Shown piece after piece: positions 1 through 10,800 of a DNA stretch of 64,000 nucleotides. Both the position numbers and the translations under genes were made by a program. The notes under the pieces are model-generated. The model was not told the DNA's origin and made no database searches. It worked only from the letters and a program-made list of their open reading frames with translations. The stretch comes from an uncultured delta proteobacterium (GTDB lineage Bacteria; Desulfobacterota; Desulfuromonadia; Geobacterales; DSM-12255), in contig CAWBBV010000006.1 of NCBI GenBank assembly GCA_963787125.1, forward strand, positions 160,001 through 224,000. The letters run 5' to 3'. The stretch's first letter is position 1. Each line of letters begins with the position of its first letter.

Positions 1-278
1 ACGCACCCAGGCAGGGCTTCTGCGACAATCAAGAATCGCATGAACAATTGCAACAGAGTTTCCACTGAGTAATAGATCGCAAAGGGGAATCTTTTGGAGA
101 GCATACGATAAAAATCAGAATGAACGAGCTGGTGAATACCGGCAAATAAGCGCAGTGAATCGATATCAGAATAAAGCGTATCAAGGAAATAGTTGCCAAG
201 ACCCGACTCCTGAGCTTCATAAAAACGATGCCCATTAATCAGGTCATGCTCAGCGGAAGAGAGTATCTTGATATTCAT
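1..278 (-). pseudogene. RelE/ParE-family toxin, apparently frameshifted near its 3' end; runs off the window edge
   Basis: ATG at 278 overlaps the antitoxin stop (ATGA). Reads MNIKILSSAEHDLINGHRFYEAQESGLGNYFLDTL...SKRFPFAIYYSVE. The typical C-terminal segment (VHAILDCRRSPAWVR) lies in another frame after position ~60. Confidence 0.75.
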
Positions 279-505
279 TTGACAAATGCTCTAATTCGCT
301 CTTTTGACTCCTCCCAATCAGTTAAACTCTCTTCTCCTGCAAGAAGAGCATTCTTTCGCTCTGCAAGCAAATCAAGATGCCAGTCAGGAACTGCCACCTC
401 CTCTACCCGATGACAAAAATCATCCCAAATACTCTCCATAACCTGGAATTTCTCAGAAACAGTCATCTTATCCAAATGAAGAGAAACCGGCATATACACC
501 CCCAC
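275..505 (-). CDS. Addiction-module antitoxin component
   Basis: MTVSEKFQVMESIWD...VPDWHLDLLAER...DWEESKERIR pattern; directly upstream of a ParE-like toxin. Confidence 0.85.
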   Translation of the reverse strand: MGVYMPVSLHLDKMTVSEKFQVMESIWDDFCHRVEEVAVPDWHLDLLAERKNALLAGEESLTDWEESKERIRAFVK

Positions 506-703
506 ATAAACAGATTAATTCACATAATTCAGTACTTTATCATCCAATAGCAATACAAATCAATCGGCAATTCCACCCCCTCCCCCACTTTTACTATCTA
601 TTTCAGCTATCTGTTTTAGCTACCCACCAACAACAAAATCCGCCACACCTCACACTGCCACAGGCAACATACTGATATAGCAGCACTTTTTACTATTATC
701 GCA

Positions 704-720
704 TTGGCACGGTTACTGCT
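704..720 (+). promoter_or_regulatory. sigma54 (-24/-12) promoter
   Basis: TTGGCACGGTTACTGCT: GG-N10-GC spacing with TGGCACG core, upstream of the DUF11 operon. Confidence 0.75.
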
Positions 721-723
721 CTC

Positions 724-933
724 ATGAAAGCTATGGACAAGCCAACCAAAACATCAAGCAACGACCTGGCGCTTCACTTGTGTGTCTATGCCGTCATGCC
801 TTTTATGGACTGTTACTGCCAGAAAATCACCGGCAGCTCTATCCCTAAAATAGCTAAATTCTGCATGACAGGTAATAGTGACTGCCCGGTTTTCGAGAAA
901 ATAGTTGCCAAAAAAGTCAGGCAGGCGGCGTAA
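724..933 (+). CDS. Small Cys-rich hypothetical protein (start may be 733)
   Basis: 69 aa ORF with five Cys (C-x9-CYC-x14-C-x6-CP), just downstream of the sigma54 site. Confidence 0.55.
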   Translation: MKAMDKPTKTSSNDLALHLCVYAVMPFMDCYCQKITGSSIPKIAKFCMTGNSDCPVFEKIVAKKVRQAA

Positions 934-937
934 GAAC

Positions 938-984
938 TGACGATCTTTCAACCCCTCCACGGGGGTACAAAAGATCATCATTTT
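938..984 (+). terminator. Long imperfect hairpin followed by TTTT (possible terminator/attenuator)
   Basis: TGAcGATCTTT..ACCCC / GGGGT..AAAGATCaTCA arms, then TTTT. Confidence 0.4.
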
Positions 985-1043
985 CAGCCGAGCGACCTCT
1001 TGATTTCTTGGCAGCTCAATTAACTAATTAGAAGGAGCAGCAG

Positions 1044-1154
1044 ATGGAAGGATACAGAATTTCAAATAAAAACAGACTGAACCAGCGTCACCCCCCCGTC
1101 CCCGGAGGTGGCGGGAGGCCGCCGAGCTGTGCCGGAGATGCTGCTCGCCGGTAG
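1044..1154 (+). CDS. Putative 36-aa leader peptide MEGYRISNKNRLNQRHPPVPGGGGRPPSCAGDAARR
   Basis: Strong SD GAAGGAG at 1031-1037, ATG 1044, TAG 1152-1154; below the ORF-track size cutoff. Confidence 0.5.
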   Translation: MEGYRISNKNRLNQRHPPVPGGGGRPPSCAGDAARR

Positions 1155-1227
1155 CAAGATGCACATAATCAATTTGATTGCGGGTAAATATACTTTAAGT
1201 AAAGAAACAGTATGAAGGAGACAAAAT

Positions 1228-1728
1228 ATGAACAAAAATTTCGGAAAAATTCTTTCAATATTTGTAGCGCTTACCCTTTTGGCTCTACCGCTGGCAGCCT
1301 GGGCAGAACCGAAGGTCGCCATCTCCGTCAAGGCGGAAAAAGAGGTTACGGTTACGGTGAAAGGTAAAGCAGTTAAAAAGAAGATTGTGGCCAAAGGTTT
1401 TCTGCCTGGAGAAGAGATTATCTACACTCTGAGCTATGTCAATTCAGGAACTGAGCCGGCTAAAGATGTATTCATCACCGATCCGATACCGGCAGGCACC
1501 AGCTTCATCCCCGGCAGCGCCAGCGATGCAGACAAGGCGACTTTTTCGATCAACAACGGCAAAAGCTACAGTAAACCGACTCTGTTGACCTACGAGATCA
1601 AGTCTGCTGATGGAAAATTTCAGAAAAAAGTAGCAGCGCCTGAAGAGTATACCGACATCCGCTGGACGATCCCATCTGTCCCGGCAGGCGGGAAGGGTTC
1701 AGTCAATTTCAGGGTAAAAGTGAAGTAA
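1228..1728 (+). CDS. Secreted single DUF11 (conserved repeat) domain protein
   Basis: SD AAGGAG; signal peptide ending AWA; PGEEIIYTLSYVN...ITDPIPAG...IRWT...FRVKVK. Confidence 0.9.
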   Translation: MNKNFGKILSIFVALTLLALPLAAWAEPKVAISVKAEKEVTVTVKGKAVKKKIVAKGFLPGEEIIYTLSYVNSGTEPAKDVFITDPIPAGTSFIPGSASDADKATFSINNGKSYSKPTLLTYEIKSADGKFQKKVAAPEEYTDIRWTIPSVPAGGKGSVNFRVKVK

Positions 1729-1768
1729 TCACCATTAAAAGAAACAGTACCGATGAAAGGAGACTCTT

Positions 1769-3436
1769 ATGAACTGTAGAAGCAGAGCCAGACCGCCGAC
1801 GAATACTTCAGGCATCGGATCGACAACGGAGAAAAGAAGCAGGGCGCGACCACCGACGAATTTGCAGGAACGAGGATCACCGATGAACAGAAACCATGAA
1901 ACATACACAGACAGTACAAAGAAAATCACAAAGGAGAACGTCATGAGAAGCACACAAAGCAGTTTTCTTCACAAGCAGCGAGCCCTGCTGGGCCTCCTGG
2001 CACTGGCAGCAACAGCTGTTGTCGGCATGCCGGTCAGCGCCTCAGCCAGCTCGACCGCAGGCACGACCATCATGAACCACGTCACCGTCAACTACAAGGA
2101 TGCCGGCGGGTTCAACACCTACAACGCCGACGCCACCACCATCGTCACCGTCAACCTGGTTATGGCGCCTCTCACCCTCAGCGCTGCACCAGTAGGCAAC
2201 GCAGCACCCGGAGCTCTTTCCTGCACATCCATCGCCACCAACTACGCATCCGGCAGCACGATCAATTTCCTCTATGCTATGAGAGCAAATGCCAACGGTG
2301 CTGACACCACCGGCGGCGGCACCAAGCTCTCCATGGCGAACACGCCGGCCAACACCAACAACGTCACGGTCAACTACTCAACCCTTGACTACACGGGGGG
2401 GAGCCCGGTTGCAAATCCGGCAACCCGGATTTTCGGCGCTGCCATTCCGACCGCCGTCCTCAGCGAAACACAACTGCAGTTCCCGGGCGGCGCCCTGTCA
2501 GGCTTTGCAGTCAATGACCTCGTTGCCGTGCCCACATCTGCCGGCGTAAGAGTCTACCTGGTAACCGCTGTCAGCGTCGGAGCAGCACCGGTATACAGCC
2601 ATACCGGCAATACCACCTATACCGACGTCGGCACTTTTGTAGGCGGCGCTAATCACGTCGAAACCAAGGGAACTCTGACCCTTGGCGCCTGGGCTACCCA
2701 GTCGATCACCCTGAACGGATCCGCCACAAGCTTCGGCGGCACCCCGGCTCCGACCCTTGCCACTGGCAACACGTTAACCCCCAATACCCCGATCGGCGAA
2801 ATGGTACTTGTCAAGGTTGACGTCTCAGCCAACAACAGCAACCTGCTCGCCGGAACCGTCGACTTCACCCTGACCACGACCGACAGCGCAAGCGGCAACC
2901 CCGCAACTGCTCCATGTACTGCCGGCACGTTCCAGGCGCCGACGCTCAGTATCAAGAAAGAGGCCAGCAACTTCACTGCAGCACCCGGTACTTTTGGTGC
3001 AACCGCAACCGGTAACCCCGGCCAGATCCTCGAATACCGCGTGACCGTCACCAATGCCGGTGGTCAGGCAAGCCTGGTAAATGTCTCCGATGCAGTGCCG
3101 TCATATACCTCCCTGGTTACCGGGTTAACGTACGGCACCGGCGCAGGGACGATCTTCGCAAAAGTAACTGACAATGCTGCACGAACCGTCGAACTGACCA
3201 CAACCGTCGATTCGGAAACACAGCCGGTCGGCAACAAGCTGTCCTACGGCGATGCTGCCGGGACAGCTGCACTCTCTGCGTTGAAATTCTGGATGGGAGA
3301 CACCGCAACCAACGCAGCAGGCGGTAAGCTCCCCTACTGCAGCTCCGGCGCTTTCACCACTTCAGCAACCTGCACCGGCGGTGGCGGAACCTGGATAACA
3401 ACCCTGACGATCCTCTACCAGGTAAAAATAGACTAA
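1769..3436 (+). CDS. Secreted DUF11-domain protein, candidate major fibre subunit (alternative starts 1883 and 1943)
   Basis: Signal peptide, then AGTTIMNHVTVNY; C-terminal LSIKKE...PGQILEYRVTVTN...VSDAVP...YQVKID. Confidence 0.9.
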   Translation: MNCRSRARPPTNTSGIGSTTEKRSRARPPTNLQERGSPMNRNHETYTDSTKKITKENVMRSTQSSFLHKQRALLGLLALAATAVVGMPVSASASSTAGTTIMNHVTVNYKDAGGFNTYNADATTIVTVNLVMAPLTLSAAPVGNAAPGALSCTSIATNYASGSTINFLYAMRANANGADTTGGGTKLSMANTPANTNNVTVNYSTLDYTGGSPVANPATRIFGAAIPTAVLSETQLQFPGGALSGFAVNDLVAVPTSAGVRVYLVTAVSVGAAPVYSHTGNTTYTDVGTFVGGANHVETKGTLTLGAWATQSITLNGSATSFGGTPAPTLATGNTLTPNTPIGEMVLVKVDVSANNSNLLAGTVDFTLTTTDSASGNPATAPCTAGTFQAPTLSIKKEASNFTAAPGTFGATATGNPGQILEYRVTVTNAGGQASLVNVSDAVPSYTSLVTGLTYGTGAGTIFAKVTDNAARTVELTTTVDSETQPVGNKLSYGDAAGTAALSALKFWMGDTATNAAGGKLPYCSSGAFTTSATCTGGGGTWITTLTILYQVKID

Positions 3437-3449
3437 ACAGACCATCAGC

Positions 3450-3473
3450 CCCGCCCCTATAAAAAGGGGCGGG
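3450..3473 (+). promoter_or_regulatory. Intergenic GC-rich stem-loop without a U-tract (possible mRNA-stabilising element)
   Basis: CCCGCCCCT-ATAAAA-AGGGGCGGG, perfect 9-bp stem. Confidence 0.6.
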
Positions 3474-3492
3474 CAGCAAAAGGAGAAGACAG

Positions 3493-4770
3493 ATGAAAAA
3501 GTCGATGCAAATATTAATAACTGCGCTGTTCCTGTCGATTATGACACTTTCAGCGAGCACCGTTCTGGCGTATACAACTGCGTCCAACACCCAGATCATA
3601 AACACTGCAACGCTTAACTTTACCGGCGGCACGGCAACAGCCAGCGTCGTTGTAACTGTTGGCCTGATTCCGTCTGCGCCGGCACTCGCCATCACTAATG
3701 GCACTTCCGCCTATACTGCCGCCAACACTCCAGCCATTATTGACAGCCTCTCAATCACCTCCAGCGCCAACGGCCCGGCGCAATACACTGTCAGTGCTCT
3801 GGCAAGCGCAGTTGCCAACTCTAATCTGGCACTCAACTCAGCGATAACTGTTGCGCTGCCAAATCCGATCACCATCGGCGCAACCATCACTAATGCCAGC
3901 ACCACATGGGGAACCCTTAAAGTCCCTTCCGACGGCACTGCCGACTCAATAGTCAACAATATCCAGCTCAACTCCTGGATCACCTTTAACGTCGGCACCG
4001 GCAACATTACCAGACAGGTACTTTCTGTAACTGACCCTGGCACAACAGGGACTGCAACCATAACCTTTGTCACAGCCGGTGGAGATCCTGCCACAGTCCC
4101 GGCCGGTACGCCAATCTATGAGAAGGTTTTTGTAAATCTCACGGTTGTTCCCGGAACAGTCGCTACCCCCGGAACTCCGATCGACGTGACCGTAACTGCA
4201 ACAGTTGCAACACCAGGCGTAGCAGTCAGCCCAACGATTACAAATGGTGCACCCAACCATTGGACAACCCCCCCTGCCGGCGTAACAATCGACAAATATG
4301 TGCGTAACGCCACAACTGATGCGTCTACTTTTTTCATAGCACCAGGAGTAGCGCCGTCACCATACAGCACCACTATTAACGGGGCAACCCACAACTACTA
4401 CAGAAGTACTTCTACCTCCGGTGTCAGTGCCAAACCGGGTGAAGTTCTCGAATACCTCGTTGAAGCTACCAATACAAGCGGCCCACCATCTGCAGTCCCT
4501 GCCATGGATATTGCCGGCTGTTTCATCACCGACGCACTCCAGACAACCTATGTCACTCTTACCCTCGGCCAAATGTCCGGCGGCAAAGACCTCTGGTACA
4601 TTCCACCTGCTGGCGGAGTTGGCGCTAACTACAACATAGCCGATCTCGGCTCTTTTGTGTCGCCGACACTCTCCGTGAACGTTGGCAACGGCGCCGGGGC
4701 AGGAGCAGCTACAGGAACCATTCCGGCCGGAAAGAAAGTCTCGATTCTTTACCGTGTAACCGTGCTCTAA
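3493..4770 (+). CDS. Secreted DUF11-domain protein, candidate second fibre subunit
   Basis: Signal peptide, then NTQIINTATLNF; C-terminal VTIDKYVRN...PGEVLEYLVEATN...ITDAL...YRVTVL. Confidence 0.9.
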   Translation: MKKSMQILITALFLSIMTLSASTVLAYTTASNTQIINTATLNFTGGTATASVVVTVGLIPSAPALAITNGTSAYTAANTPAIIDSLSITSSANGPAQYTVSALASAVANSNLALNSAITVALPNPITIGATITNASTTWGTLKVPSDGTADSIVNNIQLNSWITFNVGTGNITRQVLSVTDPGTTGTATITFVTAGGDPATVPAGTPIYEKVFVNLTVVPGTVATPGTPIDVTVTATVATPGVAVSPTITNGAPNHWTTPPAGVTIDKYVRNATTDASTFFIAPGVAPSPYSTTINGATHNYYRSTSTSGVSAKPGEVLEYLVEATNTSGPPSAVPAMDIAGCFITDALQTTYVTLTLGQMSGGKDLWYIPPAGGVGANYNIADLGSFVSPTLSVNVGNGAGAGAATGTIPAGKKVSILYRVTVL

Positions 4771-4804
4771 AAAGAGTTTTTTCAAGTAAAGGAAAGTCAA
4801 CAAC

Positions 4805-7800
4805 GTGCTTATAACCCGGACTCAAAATTTCTGTAGCAGGATCAGCGGCTCATTCGCCGCTGCCCTCCCCCGTATATCGGGTGGCAACGACGCAACTGCG
4901 CCTCGCCATGCTACAGAGGTTCGTCCGGTTCATTCGCACGGCAATAACACCATGAAGTGGCTCTGGACGGCGCTCTTCCTCATCTGCCTCGCGCCGTTCC
5001 AGGCCATTGGAGCAAGTAATAACACCCAGATCGTAAACAGAGCACAGCTCAATTCTGACGCCCCTGCAGCAATCGCAACCAATGTGGTAACGCTGCAGAC
5101 GGGCCGCACAGCCTCAACAGTAGAATTCCTCAAATATGCGCCCGGGGTTGCAGGCACCGTCAACACTCACGTCGGCAACAGCTATTACAAGGACTCTTCC
5201 GCTGCATTTACTCCGGTAAATAACCCGGTTGCGGTCGGTACAGGCACCCCCATAGACCTGTCAGCCCCTGTGCCACTTATGAAAACAACCATGTATCACG
5301 CCGGTGAACCGCTTTTTGTCAAGGTAACCGACCTGGATCAAAACCTGGATAGAACCGTCGCGGAGACCGTTCTGGTAACCCTCACAGACAAAACCACCGG
5401 AGACACCGAAGTTCTCAGAATCACTGAAACCGGCCCCGATACGGGCATCTTTATCGGCTACATCCAGACAGCATCTACCGCTGCTAACGGCGCCGGCAAC
5501 GGAGTGCTGACTGTTTCCGAGTCAAGTTCCATCGATGCTCATTATGTCGATACCGTTGACGGCACGGACAGCTCCGCTGACGCAGCGCTTGTAGACCCGT
5601 TCGGGATACTCTTTGACACCATGACCGGCAATCCGGTTGACGGCGCAACGATAGAACTTTTGAACGCCGACGGCACAGCTGCCACTGTTTATGGTGACAA
5701 CGGCCAACCAACCAACAGCTATCCGAACAAGGTAATATCCGGCAGCACGGCAAAAGACGCCGAAGGCAACACCTACACCTTCACTCCGGGTGGCTACAGA
5801 TTCCCCTACGTAAATCCGGGGAGCTACATCCTGAAGGTAACTCCGACCAATAACTACAGCTCCCCTTCAACAGCCACTACCCAGTCCATCCAGGTGCTGC
5901 CGGGCGCTCCTTATGTCATCCTTGAGCCGGGTTCACGGGGTGAAACCTTTACCGTACCTGCCGGCCCGGCCATACGGGTTGATATTCCGCAGGACCCAAA
6001 AATCGGCACTCTCTGGCTCACCAAAAGTCCCGGCAAAGGTATCATCTCCGCCGGAGAGCGCCTTAACTACGACCTTACTCTCGAAAACAACTCTGCCGTG
6101 GGAACAATTTTTTCTCCGGTGATTACCGATATACTTCCACCAGGCTTCCGCTATGAAAAGGGCTCTACCAGAATCAACGGCACCGCTGCCCCTGACCCAT
6201 CAATCTCGCCGGACGGCAGCAGCATGACTTTTGCTCTCGCCACTATCCCGCCAGCAACTACCATCACACTCCGCTATGTGGTTGGTATCGGCGCCGGCGC
6301 CAAAACCGGTACAGCAACAAACATCGCTTTTGTCAATGCCGCCGCGGCGGTGAAATCCAATATTGCCAAAGCTGCGGTTCTTGTCCAGGAACCGTTCATG
6401 CAGAGCCGCAACATTATTATGGGGCGGGTTTCAGTAGGCGTTTGCGGTGACAACGGTGATGACAACAAAAAAGGGATGGCAGACATCGGCATCTATCTTG
6501 AGGATGGTACTTTTGTCATGTCCGACAGGTTCGGCATGTTCCACTTTGAAGGGGTACAATCCGGCTCGCACGTTGTCCAGTTGGACCTGGACTCTATCCC
6601 TGAAGGGTACAAAATCCTGCCATGTGAGCAGAACAGCCGCTTCGCAGGTCGCGCTTACTCCCAATTCGTTGATCTGCAGGGTGGGACAATGTGGCGCACA
6701 GACTTCTATCTTGGCAAAGATCTGCTCACACAACCTACGGCAGTTGCGTCAACAGAAAAAAGCACAGCAGCAGGCAGGGGTGCTGAAGCGCAGCCTGCCA
6801 CTGAGGTTGCCACTCAGATTGCTTCTGTAGAGAAGAGCTCGGCAGCAGATTCAAAGCTGGCCGCAGCCAGCGTTAAAGGTTCTGACACTGCCACGCCGGT
6901 AAATTACAAAGGTGAGATTAGTCTGGAGATGATCAGCAGCCAGAGCGGAGACTTCATCGATTACCGTATTCCGCTACAGACAGCAACAGTGCCGTTAACC
7001 AATCTACGCCTCACGGTTACGCTGCCGGCGGGAGCCATTTATGTCAAAGGGAGCAGCAGTCTTGACAGCGCTGCACTCACCGACCCCACAGTCATTGCCG
7101 GCAGAATCCTCGCCTACCAGCTCGGCGCTACCGGCGCCGACTCGCAGCAAGAGCTCCGTTTCCGGGTAACTATCGACCGGAAAGCCAGGGGTGGCGAACT
7201 GCAGACAAAAGCCGGCCTTACTTTTGACAGCCCGGCGACCAAAGACATTACGGCGCCCGCTGTAGACAATCTTCTTTCTCTCGTTAAAGAAGAAGGCCGG
7301 CTGGCACTGCCGAAAATAGTTATCCGGCCTCAATTCCCGACCTTTGGCGCCGAATTGAGTGAGGAAGATCGCAAGCAGCTTGATGAGCTTGCCCAGATGC
7401 TCGCTCGCTTTAAAATTGACCACATTGACGTAGTCGGTCATACAGATATAGTCAGGATCGCACCACGCAGCCGTAACATTTACGCTGACAATACCGCCCT
7501 CTCCTTTGCCAGAGCAAAAAGCGTCGGCCGTTACCTGACCGCAGCTCTCCATCTTCCACCCGAAAGCCTCAACCTGAGCGGCAGCGGCGAAAGAGAGCCG
7601 ATTGCGACCAACAAAACCGCTGAAGGCCGGACCCTGAATCGGCGTGTAGAGGTTAATGTCTCGGCAGCGCAAACTATCGAAACTTCCAGACTCACGATTA
7701 CCAAGGAAAGAAGTGGGCTGAAAAAACAGGATACCACCGGCGTAACTATGAAGCAGACCGGTGAAGAGCTGAACAACCTCTCCCCGCTGCAGCCGAAATA

Positions 7801-10800
7801 TGAAACCATGGTTGTGCAGCCAGCGTCCAATGCCACAGAAACCGTCATTGCTGCCGGGAATTCAGCCTCAGCAGCCCCACTGCAGCAGGTTGCCCGGCAG
7901 GAAAAGATGGCAAAGCAGGAAACAACCAGCACACAGAAAAACACCTCTGCTTTAATCCCTGCAAAAAGTGAAGAACACGTTGCACTGTTCTCGGCCATCA
8001 ATGAAGGGGTTGTGCACTACCGGCTCAAACTGGTCAACATTAAAGAGCCGCTGAAAAATGTTACCGCGACCCTGATAACACCAAAGAGCTTCCTCTACGT
8101 GACCGGCACCAGTAAGCTTGCCGGGCTCTCTATAGCCGATCCGGCCTCAACTGAAGCGGTAGTCAGCTACAGTTTCACCCAGCTGCAGGATGCGAAGACG
8201 TTTGACGTTACTCTCCAGGCACTGATTGACGGCGATGACAGAAATGAAGCGCTTGGCAGCAGTGTCACGGTTGTCATAGCAGACAAAGATGGCAAGCCTC
8301 TGAAAACCTACACAGCTACAGCTGAACTCTCTGACAACATGGAGGATATCAATAAGCAGGATATTCCGGTCACAGCGCCTGTAAATGCGGCTGCAGCGGA
8401 GAATAACGAGAAAGAACCCGGCATTAAAACCAATGAGCAGCTTTACGAGTATATCGAGAAAGTCGCTTTAAAAACAAAGGACGCAAAAACAGATGCAGCA
8501 GTTACTGATAGCGGGCTCCATGTAAAAGAGATGGAGGGGATCCTTTCACCGGCTGACACCTCTATTCTCGCTACCAGGATCAACGCGGTCAGGATTGTTC
8601 TGAACTCTGCCTTGACTCCGGTTTTAACCGTTGACGGCAAAGAGGTTTCCGCCGAACGGATCGGTTTCAGCATGAAGGATAAAGAGTCCGGCAAATCCCT
8701 TTATACCTATATCGGCGTTGATTTTGGTGAGGAGGGGGAACATCTTCTTCAGCTTAAAGGGGTGGACGGCTTCAATGTTGCCCGGTTTGACAAAACCGCT
8801 AAAATCACCAGAACCGGCGAGATTGCCTCAATCAGGCTTGTTTCTGCCGAAAATAACATTGCTGACGGTAAAACCCCGGTCCGGGTCAGAGTCCAGCTGT
8901 TTGACAAACTGGATAAACCTGTCCCGGCAAACGCCGAACTTTCTATCAAGGGTGGTGATCTGAAGGTTATCACTATTGGCGAAAGCTATTCCAGAACAGC
9001 CGGCAACGCCACGGTAACTGTTGCTGAAGATGGCTGGATCAGCTTTGCACCGGTCACTTCCAGCGGTCTATACCGGACACACCTCGCCTACAACAAAGCT
9101 GAGATTGACATCGAGACCTACGTCAAACCGAAGATGCGTGACTGGATTCTCGTTGGTTTGGCTGAAGGCACTGCCGGTTATAACACTGTCTCCGGCCATA
9201 TGGAAAACCTGAAAAACTCGGGTGAGGAAGACCATCTTTACGACAAAGAGCGGCTGGCGCTGTATGCCAAAGGGACGGTCAAGGGTGAATGGCTCATGAC
9301 CATGGCTTATGACAGCGCCAAGAAAAACACCGGCGTCGTCGGAAACGGGCTCTTTCAGACCATCGACCCTAACTCCTACTACACTATCTATGGCGACTCT
9401 TCAGCACAGATGTACGATTCTGCCAGCCAGAGGAAACTTTACTTAAAGATCGAACGTGAGCAGTTCTATGCCATGTTCGGCGATTACGATACGGGTCTGA
9501 CCTTTACCGAACTATCACGTTACAGCCGCAGAATGAACGGCGTCAAATCGGAATACCGCTCAAAAAATTACGACGTTACGGTTTTCGGCAGTGAAACCGG
9601 CCAGTCATTTGTCAAGGATGAGCTCCGCGGCGACGGCACTTCCGGTCTGTATCGGCTCAGCAAACAAGGGATTGTCCTTAATTCCGAGAAGATCACTATC
9701 GAGTCCAGGGATAGATTCCATAGTGAAGTTATCACCGAGACCAGACAGATGAACCGTTTTGTCGACTACAGCATTGATTACGACACCGGCGCCATTTTCT
9801 TCAAGAGTCCGGTTCCGAACAGAGACGAGAAACTTAACCCGGTTTACATTATTGTCGATTACGAGATCCTGAATGCAGGTAAAGATGCCTTAACCTACGG
9901 TGGCCATGCAGCCACCAGACTGATGAACGGCAAGCTGCAAGTCGGCGGCACCTATGTCCATGAAGGCCACATCAGCGGTTCAGGCAATTTATATGGTGCG
10001 GATGCAACAGCCATTCTGGCGCCAGGGACAAAGGCAAGAGCCGAGTTTGCCGCCACAAATGACGATACCGGTGTCAAGAAGAGCGGCAATGCATATCTGG
10101 CAGAAGTTGTTCATACCGGGAAATCGATTGATGGCAAGGTCTACTTCAGGGAGCAGGAAGAGGGCTTCGGCCTTGGCCAGCAGAAAGCCAGCGAAGGGGG
10201 CACCCGTAAATTTGGCGTCGAAGCCGCTTACAGGCTGAACAATAAAGTTACGTTGAATTCCCAGGGGTATCGGCAGTACAACCTGTCTACCGGCGCAGTC
10301 AGGGACTTTGCAGAAACGCTTGCCTCCTACAATGAAAAACAGTACACCTTGAGAACCGGAATCCGCTATGCAAACGACACCCTCCCTGACGGCACCAATG
10401 CAACATCAGTTCTGGCAACTGCCGGCGGCAGCTGGAAATCTGCCGATCAAAAATTGACCCTGCGTGCCGACCATGACCAGGCTCTTTTCAGTAAAAATAT
10501 CAACACTGACTTCCCTACCAGAAGCGTTCTCGGCGTTGATTACCAGGCAACAAAAGCTGTCACGCTCTTCGCCCAGGAAGAGCTTACCTACGGCGCCGCC
10601 GCCAATACCAACACCACCAGAGTCGGAGTTAAATCTACCCCCTGGAGCGGCGGCACCGTTAACTCTTCAGTTGTGAATGACATACGGGAAAATGGTGAAA
10701 GAACTTTTGCCAATGTAGGTTTAACCCAGAAATGGCAGCTCAACCCGCACTGGGCTGTAGATGGTGGTCTGGATCACAGTGAAACCATCCATAAAAAGAT

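Noticed and set aside
930..1230. c-di-GMP-I / cyclic AMP-GMP (GEMM) riboswitch in the operon leader
   Set aside because: Expected in this kind of organism, but I could not find the characteristic two-stem, GNRA-loop and linker pattern. An Infernal/Rfam scan would be decisive.
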